This document shows positions 35,338 to 45,283 of a DNA stretch of 64,000 bases, piece by piece. The translations under genes and the position numbers were made by a program. Location: IMG/VR virus record IMGVR_UViG_3300046171_000185, positions 2,998 through 66,997 of that record, one strand, 5' to 3'. Under the pieces are notes generated by a model. That model did not search any database, was not told the origin of the DNA, and worked only from the letters and a program-made list of their open reading frames with translations. How positions within the stretch are numbered: the stretch's first letter is position 1; every line of letters starts with the position of its first letter. The stretch is from a virus.

Positions 35338-37556
35338 ATGGCGACTCCTCAATTATCTCCTGGAGTTCTGGTAAGGGAGGTTGACCTAACAGTAGGAAGA
35401 GCTGATAATGTACTAGATAACATTGGTGCCATTTGCGGCCCATTTGAAATTGGACCTGTTGATGAAGTCACAAACATTTCAAACGAACAAGATCTCATCA
35501 ATATATTTGGTGAACCTAAGACTGCCGACGCACAATATGAATACTGGATGAGCGCATCGTCCTATCTTTCATATGGCGGAGTTCTTAAGGTTGTCAGAGC
35601 AGATGATGACGATTTAAAAAATGCTAATGCTGGTGTAGGTATTGCAAGTACTACCACACTAAAAATTAAAAATTACGACGATTACAGTAATAATTACGAT
35701 ACTGCAACTGACTTCTATTATGCGGCTAAGAATCCAGGTTCTTGGTCAGAAAGTCTAAAAGTTTGCTATATCGATGATTTTGCTGACCAAACTTTAGGAA
35801 TTACCACCACCAATCTTGCAGGACTTGGTGCAACAGTTGGTATGGGTATTACCGCAGCAGTTACTGGAGTTCTTCCTGGCGCAGGAACAACCGCAGTATT
35901 TACTGGATATGTAAAAGGTATTATCACTGGAGCAACTAATGATGCTGGTGGTGCTAGTAAACTGGATGTCAAGATTGTTTCTAGAGTTTCCTCTACTGGA
36001 ACAGAAACTAGAATTGATTATGCAGAGGGAGATGCATTCTCATCTTTCGATACTGCAGATTCTGTTTTCTTCACCTCTGATGTAGGTAACGTAACTACTG
36101 CACAAACACCCACAACTGTTGTTGACTGGTATGATCAGCAGACTTTAGGACTTACTAACTCTACGGTATATTGGAGCACACTTGCACCAAAACCTGGAAC
36201 CAGCATCTATGTAGATGATAGACAAGGGCACAACGATCAACTTCATATTGCTGTTATTGATGACACTGGAGATGTAACTGGAATCAAAGGTAACATCCTT
36301 GAGAAGCACGTTGATTTATCTAAGGCAAGCGATACAGTTTCTAATGTAAACGCACCTCAGAGAACATACTTTAAAGATTATCTTCGCGATCTTTCTGCTA
36401 ACATTTATGCTGGTAAAGATCCTTTAGCAGCAGCAGATGCTTTCCATGGTACAACACCTGTTGCAACTGGATTTACAGCATATACTGGAGTCAAGGCAGC
36501 ATCCTTTACTAAGGACAATTCATCAACAAACCAGTCAGGTACGATTGCACAGGATAAACAGTTCCTTGCTATCGGCAACGTAACTTACAACCTCCTAGGT
36601 GGTAATGATTATGAGAGCACTGGTGGAGATGGATACAAAGCAGACCTTGGAAAACTGATTTCTGGTTACGGACTCTTCTCCAATAAGGATGAAGTAGAAG
36701 CAGACTTCTTAATTATGGGACCAGGTTGTGCAGATGAATCACAGTCTCAAGCAAAGGCAAATTACATCATCTCTCTTGCAAATGCAAGAAAAGATTGTAT
36801 GGCAACTATCGGCGCTCACAGAACTAATTTGGTTGCTGCAGCTGGAAGTACTCTATTAACTTCAGAGCAACAAACAACCAATGTACTTTCATACTTTAGT
36901 CCACTAACATCATCGTCTTATGCGACGTTTGATTGTGGATACAAGTACACCTTTGACAGATTTAATAATAGATTTGTCTATATTCCAACCAACGCTGATG
37001 TTGCTGGAATGATGGCAAGAACAGGACTTCTCGCTTTCCCTTGGTTCTCACCAGCAGGTCAGCAAAGAGGTGTACTGAACAATGCTGTTAAACTTGCTTT
37101 CAATCCAAGCAAGTCACAAAGAGACCGTCTCTATCCTAAGAGAATCAACTCTTTCATCACTTCACCTGGTGCAGGAACATTCCTCTTCGGAGATAAGACT
37201 GCCCTTGGTTATCAATCAGCATTTGATAGAATTAACGTTCGCCGCTTGTTCCTTACTGTTGAACAGGCACTAGAGAGAGCAGCACAAGCTCAACTCTTTG
37301 AACTGAACGACGATTTGACTAGAGCAAACTTTAGAAACATCGTTGATCCATACCTCCGTGATGTTCAAGCGAAAGAGGACTCATTGACTACCTCGTCATT
37401 TGTGACGAGAGTAATAATACTCCTGATGTGATCGATAACAATGAGTTTAGAGCAGACATCTTCCTGAAGCCTGCCAAGTCTATTAACTTTATCACCCTTA
37501 CTTTCGTAGCAACGCGAACAGGCGTTTCTTTCTCGGAAGTAGCAGGTAGAGTTTGA
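35338..37556 (+). CDS. gp18: Tail sheath protein gp18 (frameshift near 37375)
   Basis: QLSPGVLVREVDLT, PWFSPAGQQRG and AFDRINVRRLF. The shifted frame continues ...NNEFRADIFLKPAKSINFITLTFVATRTGVSFSEVAGRV*. Confidence 0.95.
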
Positions 37557-37590
37557 TCATTAATCATAAAATAACGGAGGATTACTAAAA

Positions 37591-38231
37591 ATGTCAACTT
37601 TACGCACACTTTCAAAATTTCAGAGCAAATTACAGGGCGGTGGTGCAAGACCCAATCTATTTGAGGTCTCAATTCCAGATCTACCTGATGCTGCTAAAAA
37701 TTCAAGCCCCAGAAGCAACCTGGGGTTCTGAAGAGCAAGAAGACTTTTACTATTATGTGTAAGGGAGCTCAACTCCCTGCATCAACTATTGCTTCTATCG
37801 ATGTTCCCTTCAGAGGTCGTATTCTGAAGGTTGCTGGAGATAGAACTATTGAAAACTGGAACATAACAATTATTAATGATGAAGATTTTGCAATTAGAAA
37901 TGCCATGGAAGCATGGATGAATGCAATTGCCAAACTCAGTAATAATACTGGTGCGGTAAATCCATCTTCATACATGACCGATGCTTATGTCTATCAACTT
38001 GGAAGAGGTTACTCATCCGGTAGATTTAGTAAAGCAAATTCTGGTACTGATGATGGAGAATCGATAACTCCTTTGAAATCATTCAAATTCTTGGATATTT
38101 TTCCAGTTTCTGTTTCTGCAATCGACCTTTCTTATGATTCAGGTGATACTATTGAAGAGTTTACTGTAGAATTTGCAGTTCAATCTTTTGAATCTCTTTC
38201 TGATGACGCAACTGGCGTTGCGCTGAACTAA
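37591..38231 (+). CDS. gp19: Tail tube protein gp19 (frameshift near 37710)
   Basis: MSTLRTLSKFQSKLQGGGARPNLFEV, then CKGAQLPAS...VPFRGRILKVAGDRT...IEEFTVEFAVQ. Confidence 0.93.
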
Positions 38232-38237
38232 TAAATA
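38230..38237 (+). promoter_or_regulatory. Late promoter (AATAAATA) for gp20
   Basis: Consensus overlapping the gp19 stop. Confidence 0.7.
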
Positions 38238-38262
38238 GAAGAGATAAAGTTCCAATATAATA

Positions 38263-39920
38263 ATGTCAAAATTGTTTGGGTTCTCAATAGAGGACAACGA
38301 ACCACTCTCACCGTCAGCGGTCTCCCCCGTTCCTCCTAATAATGAGGACGGGGTTGATCACTACCTGAGCAGTGGTTTTTTTGGTTCCTATGTAGATATT
38401 GAAGGTGTTTATAAGAATGAAAATGAGTTAATTAGAAGATATCGTGAGATGGCACTCCATCCAGAGTGTGATAGTGCGATTGAAGATATTGTAAATGAAG
38501 CAGTTGTTTCAGACTCTAATGATAGTCCTGTAGAAATTGAACTATCTAATCTAAATGCCAGTGATGGTATTAAAAAACTATTAGAAGCGAATTTAAATAT
38601 ATTTTAGATTTATTGGATTTTGATAAAAAAGCACATGAGATATATCGTAACTGGTATGTTGATGGTAGATTGTATTACCATAAAATAATTGATTTAAAGA
38701 ATCCTCAAGAAGGTATTCAAGAACTTCGTTACATTGACGCTACTAAAATGCGTTATGTAAGAAAACAAAAGAAAAACGAAAAGCAGCAACTGAATAGACT
38801 CAATCCTCTGAAAAATGATCCGATGGATTATGATTTTCCAGAGTTAGAAGAGTTTTACATCTATAATCCCTAAAGTTAATACAACTTCAGGAAACATGGG
38901 ATCTCCTGGTGCAGGAATTAAGATGGCAAAAGATGCTGTCACTTACTGCACTTCGGGTCTTGTAGATAGAAATAAGGGACAGACTCTTTCATATCTTCAT
39001 AAAGCAATTAAATCACTCAATCAACTACGTATGATTGAGGATAGTCTTGTAATCTATAGACTATCAAGAGCACCAGAACGTAGAATTTTCTACATTGATG
39101 TTGGTAATCTTCCTAAGCAAAAGGCAGAACAATATCTGCGTGACGTTATGATGCGTTATCGCAACAAACTTGTATATGATGCAAACACTGGAGAGATTCG
39201 TGATGACAAAAAATACATGTCGATGCTTGAGGACTTCTGGCTTCCCAGGCGTGAAGGTGGAAGAGGAACCGAAATCACCACTCTCCCTGGCGGACAAAAC
39301 TTGGGTGAAATCACTGATATTGAATACTTTAAAAAGAAATTATACAGGTCCCTTAATGTTCCACCATCAAGAATGGATGGAGAAGGTGGGTTTAACTTGG
39401 GGAGATCTTCTGAGATCTTAAGAGATGAACTTAAGTTTACTAAGTTTGTTGGTCGTTTAAGAAAGAGATTCTCTAACATGTTTAATGACATGTTGAGGAC
39501 CCAATTACTCCTGAAGAATGTAATTACTCCTGAAGATTGGGAGTCAATGAGTGAGCATATTCAGTATGATTTCCTCTATGATAATCACTTCTCAGAACTG
39601 AAAGAAGCAGAATTGATGAACGAGAGACTTGCTCTTGTTGCAACTGCAGAACCATATGTTGGCAAGTATTACTCACAAGATTATATTAGACGTAAGATCT
39701 TGCGTCAAACTGATATTGAAATTCTTGAGCAGGATAAACTGATTGAAGATGAAATTAAAAAAGGTATAATTCCTGATCCTGCAACTATTGATCCAGCTAC
39801 TGGAAACCACTAGATCAGCTGGAGCAGCAAATATGGATCTTGGGTCAACCCCAGATGGAACCTGAAATTGACGCATCTGCTGCAGAACCCATTGAAATGC
39901 CCAAGGGTGGTGAGATATAA
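38263..39920 (+). CDS. gp20: Portal vertex protein gp20 (several frameshifts)
   Basis: LIRRYREMALHPECDSAIEDIVNE, WYVDGRLYYHK, YRLSRAPERRIFYIDVGNLPK and EDFWLPRREGGRGTEI. Confidence 0.95.
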
Positions 39921-39923
39921 ATA
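39916..39923 (+). promoter_or_regulatory. Late promoter (TATAAATA)
   Basis: Exact T4 late consensus overlapping the gp20 stop. Confidence 0.75.
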
Positions 39924-39939
39924 CAAATAAATTTGTAAC

Positions 39940-40137
39940 ATGGAAAACATGGATGACCTTCTAGATAATATCATCACTGATGAATCGCCTTCGCAAATTA
40001 GCGATACGATTAAAGATATGCTCTATGCAAAAACAGCATCAAGAGTAGATTCATACAAGCAAACTGCTGCAAATGCACTTTTTAATGCAAGTGATGAAGT
40101 CTCTGATAATGAAGTAGAGACCAGTGATGGTGTTTAA
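39940..40137 (+). CDS. Small acidic prohead core protein (gp67-like)
   Basis: 65-aa acidic helical protein between the portal and protease genes; the assignment is positional. Confidence 0.55.
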   Translation: MENMDDLLDNIITDESPSQISDTIKDMLYAKTASRVDSYKQTAANALFNASDEVSDNEVETSDGV

Positions 40138-40139
40138 TT

Positions 40140-40147
40140 TATAAATA
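40140..40147 (+). promoter_or_regulatory. Late promoter (TATAAATA)
   Basis: Exact consensus in an intergenic gap. Confidence 0.75.
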
Positions 40148-40170
40148 ACAAATATAAGTAATATAAAAAA

Positions 40171-40434
40171 ATGACAAGGGTTTTACCATTAGCAGCAAAA
40201 GCAGCATTGTCAGCAGGGGCAAGTAATAAAACCACTGTTGGTAATGCTACTGTTGTGAGAATTGTTGCCACTGCTGGTGTAGTAGTTGTTTTTAGACTTG
40301 ATTCAGACGACAATGTTATTGGTTCGTTTACTCAACTCAATAATACGGTTGAATTAGTAGAAAAAAATCCAACTGACAAGATTTATGTTACTGGTGCTGC
40401 AGTTGAAGTTGCAAAAGTAGGTTACACCGCATAA
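40171..40434 (+). CDS. Hypothetical late protein
   Basis: 87-aa ORF filling the gap between a late promoter and gp21. Confidence 0.7.
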   Translation: MTRVLPLAAKAALSAGASNKTTVGNATVVRIVATAGVVVVFRLDSDDNVIGSFTQLNNTVELVEKNPTDKIYVTGAAVEVAKVGYTA

Positions 40435-40438
40435 AAAA

Positions 40439-41092
40439 ATGAAACTAATCAGAGAAGAGATCGAATCAGTCAAATATCTTGTAGAGACTACTAAGTCTGG
40501 CAAGAAATCATTGTATATTGAGGGTGTTTTCCTCCAGGGCAACATTAAAAACCGTAATGGTCGTATGTACCCTATGGAAACTCTCCGTAAGGAAGTTTCT
40601 CGTTACAATGAATCAAACGTTCAGTCTGGCAGAGCACTCGGTGAACTCGGTCACCCCGATGGTCCTACCGTGAATCTCGACAGAGTTTCTCATAAGATCG
40701 TTTCTCTGAAAGAAAGTGGTTCAAACTTCATTGGTAAAGCAAAGATTTTGAGCACCCCAATGGGTAAAATTGCATCTGCTTTAGTTGAAGACGGCGTAAA
40801 ACTCGGCGTTTCTTCTCGCGGTATTGGTTCATTAAAGCAAACCCGTGAGGGTGTTAACATCGTCGGTGACGATTTTATGTTAGCAACTGCTGCTGATATC
40901 GTTGCTGATCCTTCTGCTCCTGATGCATTTGTTGAAGGAATTATGGAAGGAAAAGAGTGGGTTTGGGATGGTGGACTTCTGCGTGAAAAGTATGCAGAGC
41001 AAACCAAAAAACAAATTAATACACTCGTAGACCAGAGAAGATTAGAAGAACATAAGTTGGAGTTATGGAATAACTTCCTTTCTAATCTTTAG
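40439..41092 (+). CDS. gp21: Prohead protease gp21
   Basis: IEGVFLQGNIKNRNGRMYP, ALGELGHP, GVSSRGIGS and DIVADPSAPDAFV. Confidence 0.96.
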   Translation: MKLIREEIESVKYLVETTKSGKKSLYIEGVFLQGNIKNRNGRMYPMETLRKEVSRYNESNVQSGRALGELGHPDGPTVNLDRVSHKIVSLKESGSNFIGKAKILSTPMGKIASALVEDGVKLGVSSRGIGSLKQTREGVNIVGDDFMLATAADIVADPSAPDAFVEGIMEGKEWVWDGGLLREKYAEQTKKQINTLVDQRRLEEHKLELWNNFLSNL

Positions 41093-41095
41093 TTT

Positions 41096-41103
41096 TATAA
41101 ATA
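41096..41103 (+). promoter_or_regulatory. Late promoter (TATAAATA) for gp22-gp23
   Basis: Exact consensus followed by a GGAG Shine-Dalgarno and ATG 41143. Confidence 0.8.
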
Positions 41104-41142
41104 AATATAGTTTTTAATACCCGGCAATAACGGAGAGTTCAA

Positions 41143-42282
41143 ATGTCTCGTGGAGATTTACAAGAAATGGAAGTAAAGACACAGCAATCCAAAACTGCTG
41201 TCAACGCTGGAGCTGCAGCTGCAGATCCTATGCCTAAGATGGCGGATCCTGGTACTCAACTCGCTAATGTTGAGGACCTCGGAGGTCCTACTCCAGAAAA
41301 TTACAAGCCTGATGATGATTCGGCTAAACTGGCTACACCTGGTGGCACCCTTAAACAAGTTAAGGATGTCGTAACCAAGAAAGCTGGTAAGGCAGACCCT
41401 ATGCCAGCAGGCATGAAGGAAGAAGAAGAAATCACTGACGAAGTTGTTGCCGAAGAAGAGACCTCCGAAGAGGAAGTTGTTGCAGAAGCAGAGACCTCCG
41501 AAGAAGAAGTTGTTTCCGAAGAAGAAGTAACCGAGACTGAAGAAATCGTTGCTGAGTATGACATCGAAGAAGATGTCAATGCTCTTCTCCAGGGTGAAGA
41601 ACTCTCCGAAGAATTCCAAGAGAAAGCACGCACCATCTTTGAAGCAGCAATCAATGCAAAGATTGCTAGTATCAAAGAAGAGTTGGAAGCAAAGTACGAA
41701 GAGAAGTTCGTAGAAGAAGTTGCTTCCGCTAAAGAGTCACTCGCTGAGCGTGTTGATTCTTATCTTGAGTATGTTGCCGACGAGTGGATGTCTGAAAATC
41801 AACTCGCCGTTGAATCCGGACTTAAGTCCGAAATGACCGAATCATTCCTCACCGGAATGAAGAGTCTTTTTGAAGAACATTATGTATCAATCCCTGAAGA
41901 AAAATATGATGTGCTTGAGAGCATGGTAGAAAAACTTGATGACATGGAAACAAAACTCAACGAGCAAATTGAGAAGAATATTTCCCTGAACTCCCGCCTT
42001 TCCGAGTCGGTTGCTGAAGGAGTATTAGATCAAGTCTCTGAAGGTCTTGCACAGACACAGAAAGAGAAACTCGCCTCACTTTCCGAAAGTGTGGAGTTTG
42101 AAAGTGAAGCACAATATCGTGAGAAGTTAGAAACTCTGAAAGAATCTTACTTCAATCAGAAGACAGTTTCTACATCAGCTAAAACTGAAACCCTTTCTGA
42201 GGGTGTAGAGTCTGGATCAGGATCAAATTCTGGTTCTATGGACGCCTACCTCAGAGCATTAGGTTCAACCATTAGCAACTAA
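41143..42282 (+). CDS. gp22: Prohead core scaffold gp22
   Basis: Acidic coiled coil with LSEEFQEKARTIFEAA, VDSYLEYVADEW and terminal MDAYLRAL. Confidence 0.93.
   Translation: MSRGDLQEMEVKTQQSKTAVNAGAAAADPMPKMADPGTQLANVEDLGGPTPENYKPDDDSAKLATPGGTLKQVKDVVTKKAGKADPMPAGMKEEEEITDEVVAEEETSEEEVVAEAETSEEEVVSEEEVTETEEIVAEYDIEEDVNALLQGEELSEEFQEKARTIFEAAINAKIASIKEELEAKYEEKFVEEVASAKESLAERVDSYLEYVADEWMSENQLAVESGLKSEMTESFLTGMKSLFEEHYVSIPEEKYDVLESMVEKLDDMETKLNEQIEKNISLNSRLSESVAEGVLDQVSEGLAQTQKEKLASLSESVEFESEAQYREKLETLKESYFNQKTVSTSAKTETLSEGVESGSGSNSGSMDAYLRALGSTISN
41440..41526 (+). repeat. 33-bp tandem coding repeat (about 2.6 copies) in gp22
   Basis: Unit gaagttgttgcNgaagNagagacctccgaagaR; encodes EVVAEEETSEE / EVVAEAETSEE / EVVSEEE. 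Confidence 0.8.
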
Positions 42283-42335
42283 ACTGAATTTAATATTAAT
42301 TCAAACCGTAAATTAACCACATAGGTAAAAAGCAA

Positions 42336-43724
42336 ATGTTCCAATCAGAACAGTTGCAGGAAAAGTGGGCACCTCTCCTCAACCATGAGGGTCTCGACAA
42401 GATCGAAGACAACCATAAGAGAGCCGTTACCGCTGTCCTGCTCGAAAACCAAGAGAAGTTCCTTTCCGAACAACAAGCATTTAGTCAGTCAGGATCCTTC
42501 CTGACTGAGCAACCTACCAACTCTGTTGGTAATGGTGGATACACCTCCTCAGGCGGTCAAACCGTTGCTGGTTTCGACCCCGTACTGATCTCCCTGATCA
42601 GACGCTCTATGCCTAACTTGGTCGCTTATGACCTCGCAGGCGTTCAGCCAATGTCTGGTCCTACTGGACTCATCTTCGCGATGCGTTCTAAGTACAAGAC
42701 TCAGGACGGAAGCGAAACCTTCTTCGACGAAGTAGATTCCGCATTCTCTGGTCAGAACGAAGGATTCGACCTCACCAACGGCATGTCTGGTGTTACCGTT
42801 GGTATGGGTACTACCGCACAAGGTGGAACCAATCCTGGCGCTCTGAACCCTTCCACCAACGCTACCCAACAGGCATATAGTGCTGGTCAGGGTATGAGAA
42901 CCGATGATGCTGAGGACCTCGGCACCTCCGGTGATAACTTCAACCAGATGGCATTCTCGATCGAGAAAGTCACTGTAACCGCTAAGTCCAGAGCACTCAA
43001 AGCTGAGTACTCCTTGGAACTGGCACAAGACCTCAAGGCGATTCACGGTCTGAACGCTGAGGCTGAGTTGGCAAACATCTTGTCAACTGAGATCCTCGCT
43101 GAAATCAACCGCGAAGTCATCAGAACCATCTACAAGACTGCTGAGTCTGGTGCTCAAGCAAACGTTGCTACCGCTGGCGAGTTCGACCTCGACATCGACT
43201 CCAACGGTCGCTGGTCTGTTGAGAAGTTCAAAGGTCTTCTGTTCCAAATCGAGAGAGATGCAAACCGCATCGCCCAAAGAACTCGTAGAGGAAAGGGCAA
43301 CATCATCCTGTGTTCCGCAGACGTTGCTTCCGCTCTGACCATGGCAGGCGTACTCGACTACACCCCTGCACTCAACGCTAACCTGAACGTTGACGACACT
43401 GGTAACACCTTCGCTGGTGTTCTGCAAGGTAAGTATCGCGTATATATCGATCCTTATGCTGCAAACAGTGCTGCTAACCAGTACTACGTTGTTGGTTATA
43501 AGGGTACTTCACCTTATGACGCAGGTCTGTTCTATTGCCCATATGTTCCCCTCCAGATGGTTCGTGCCGTTGGAGAGAACACCTTCCAGCCCAAGATTGG
43601 CTTTAAGACCCGCTACGGCATGGTCGCTAACCCATTCGCTGAAGGCACCAATGTCGGCGCAGGCGCACTCACCGTTAACGCTAACCGTTACTACCAGCGC
43701 GTTACTGTTAAGAACCTCATGTGA
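42336..43724 (+). CDS. gp23: Major capsid protein gp23
   Basis: LQEKWAPLL, FDPVLISLIRRSMPNL, GVQPMSGPTGLIFAMR, SRALKAEYSLELAQDLKAIHGL and FQPKIGFKTRYG. Confidence 0.98.
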   Translation: MFQSEQLQEKWAPLLNHEGLDKIEDNHKRAVTAVLLENQEKFLSEQQAFSQSGSFLTEQPTNSVGNGGYTSSGGQTVAGFDPVLISLIRRSMPNLVAYDLAGVQPMSGPTGLIFAMRSKYKTQDGSETFFDEVDSAFSGQNEGFDLTNGMSGVTVGMGTTAQGGTNPGALNPSTNATQQAYSAGQGMRTDDAEDLGTSGDNFNQMAFSIEKVTVTAKSRALKAEYSLELAQDLKAIHGLNAEAELANILSTEILAEINREVIRTIYKTAESGAQANVATAGEFDLDIDSNGRWSVEKFKGLLFQIERDANRIAQRTRRGKGNIILCSADVASALTMAGVLDYTPALNANLNVDDTGNTFAGVLQGKYRVYIDPYAANSAANQYYVVGYKGTSPYDAGLFYCPYVPLQMVRAVGENTFQPKIGFKTRYGMVANPFAEGTNVGAGALTVNANRYYQRVTVKNLM

Positions 43725-43743
43725 TCAATCACTGAGATTTTAC

Positions 43744-43770
43744 AAGACCTCCTTCGGGGGGTCTTTTTTT
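43744..43770 (+). terminator. Rho-independent terminator after gp23 with a cUUCGg loop
   Basis: AAGACCTCC-TTCG-GGGGGTCTT followed by a T run. Confidence 0.9.
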
Positions 43771-43775
43771 ATGTT

Positions 43776-43783
43776 CATAAATA
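43776..43783 (+). promoter_or_regulatory. Late promoter (CATAAATA)
   Basis: Consensus immediately after the terminator, which would re-initiate transcription. Confidence 0.7.
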
Positions 43784-43805
43784 GTCAATATTGTCTTTTC
43801 AAGAA

Positions 43806-43991
43806 ATGGCATTTCACATCAAAAAACCAAGCGTATTAAAAGCAGACACAACCGTGTATCATACCGGTGGCACTAATTGGACAGAATCTTTTGCTGACAG
43901 AAAGCAATATGCTGACGATCCAACGGGACTCCTTGCAAATCCTGACGGAAAGAACGGTGGATGGACTGGTGCTACTGTAGTTAGCGAGTGA
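43806..43991 (+). CDS. Small hypothetical late protein
   Basis: MAFHIKKPSVL...GGWTGATVVSE; ATG 43806 preferred over TTG 43791. Confidence 0.7.
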   Translation: MAFHIKKPSVLKADTTVYHTGGTNWTESFADRKQYADDPTGLLANPDGKNGGWTGATVVSE

Positions 43992-43997
43992 TAACTG

Positions 43998-44573
43998 ATG
44001 GCAACACAAAAATATGATGAGTTGACATCTTCTCGTCAAATTGAAAATAGAAATTTTTTAAGTCCCAACGGGTTTAGATTTGCTTTACGTAGATCACCTC
44101 AAGTTGCATTTTTTTGCAATCAGGCAAACATACCTGATCTATCATTTGGTGTAGCTACACAAGCAACATACTTGAAGGATCTTCCTGTTCCTGGAGATAA
44201 AATTGAATTTGGAGATTTGAATCTTAGATTCCTAGTCGATGAAGATCTTGGCAACTACATGGAAATTCAAAAATGGATTCGTGGACTTGGATATCCAGAT
44301 AGATTATCGGAGTTTGAGGCACTAGAGGCACAAGCAGAAGTATTTGGAAGATATGCAAAAGATCAGGATAATATTTACTCTGACGGAACTCTTAGTATTC
44401 TGTCTAGTAATTTAATTCCTAAGTTTCAAATTTTCTTTCAAAATCTTTTTCCGTATAGTTTGTCCACAATGACTTTTGATGCCACACAAACGGATCAGGA
44501 GTACTTTACAGCAGACGTGAGTTTCAAGTATGCTATCTATACAATCACTGATATGAACAACAGACCTTTATGA
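43998..44573 (+). CDS. gp3: Tail completion / tube terminator gp3
   Basis: NRNFLSPNGFRF, FFCNQANIP, PGDKIEFGDLNLRFLVDEDLGNY and ADVSFKY. Confidence 0.88.
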   Translation: MATQKYDELTSSRQIENRNFLSPNGFRFALRRSPQVAFFCNQANIPDLSFGVATQATYLKDLPVPGDKIEFGDLNLRFLVDEDLGNYMEIQKWIRGLGYPDRLSEFEALEAQAEVFGRYAKDQDNIYSDGTLSILSSNLIPKFQIFFQNLFPYSLSTMTFDATQTDQEYFTADVSFKYAIYTITDMNNRPL

Positions 44574-45004
44574 TCGACCTTGACAAACTTCAGGAGACCT
44601 GGGAAAAAGACTCTAAAATTGATATGGACAATCTTCATACTGAGTCAACCAATATTCCCACTCTCCATGCGAAGTACTTTGAAATGTACAACACAATCTT
44701 TCTGATGAGAAAGAAAGCAGAACAGCAAAGAAAAAATATTAGACACGAACGTTATGAATACTTCAGCGGTAAAGCAGACCCTGATGTATATGTGCAGAAT
44801 CCTTTTCCAAAAAAGATTCGTGACAAGGACACGATGCAGAAGTATCTTGACGCTGACGAAAAATTGTCTACAGTATGTTTGAAAATAGACTATTACGATA
44901 CAATGTTAGTCTATATTGAAAGTATACTTAAACAGATAACTAATAGAACTTATCAAATCAAAAACGCAATAGAATTCATGAGGTTCAATGCAGGACTAGG
45001 ATGA
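44570..45004 (+). CDS. uvsY: Recombination mediator UvsY
   Basis: WEKDSKID...IPTLHAKY...RYEYFSGKA...YLDAD...RTYQIKNAIEF. Confidence 0.9.
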   Translation: MIDLDKLQETWEKDSKIDMDNLHTESTNIPTLHAKYFEMYNTIFLMRKKAEQQRKNIRHERYEYFSGKADPDVYVQNPFPKKIRDKDTMQKYLDADEKLSTVCLKIDYYDTMLVYIESILKQITNRTYQIKNAIEFMRFNAGLG

Positions 45005-45081
45005 AAAAGAAATCCAAGAAGAAGTGCAAGAAATCAAAGTGTTCTCACTATAAGGGAGGCAAGTGTAATTGTGGAAGATGA
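45001..45081 (+). CDS. Putative 26-aa Lys/Cys-rich peptide
   Basis: ATGA overlap with the uvsY stop. Reads MKKKSKKKCKKSKCSHYKGGKCNCGR* and overlaps the next start. Confidence 0.45.
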   Translation: MKKKSKKKCKKSKCSHYKGGKCNCGR

Positions 45082-45256
45082 GGAAAATTATTACCGCTTA
45101 GAATTACCAATTGAAGCAGTTCGTATTATCCATACAGGTTTGACACAAGCTTGTCAAAAATGGTCGGGTGGAGATCCTATGGAACAAGAAAACCTTTTGG
45201 CTATGCGAGATCATTTCTATAGAATAATGTTAGAACATAGGTTTAGCAATATGTAA
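45071..45256 (+). CDS. Hypothetical protein
   Basis: 61-aa ORF with GTG start and an upstream GGAGG. Confidence 0.65.
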   Translation: MEDEENYYRLELPIEAVRIIHTGLTQACQKWSGGDPMEQENLLAMRDHFYRIMLEHRFSNM

Positions 45257-45262
45257 TAAATA
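45255..45262 (+). promoter_or_regulatory. Late promoter (AATAAATA) for uvsW
   Basis: Consensus match; uvsW is also a late gene in T4. Confidence 0.65.
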
Positions 45263-45283
45263 TTCTTAGATGAATGGATCTAC

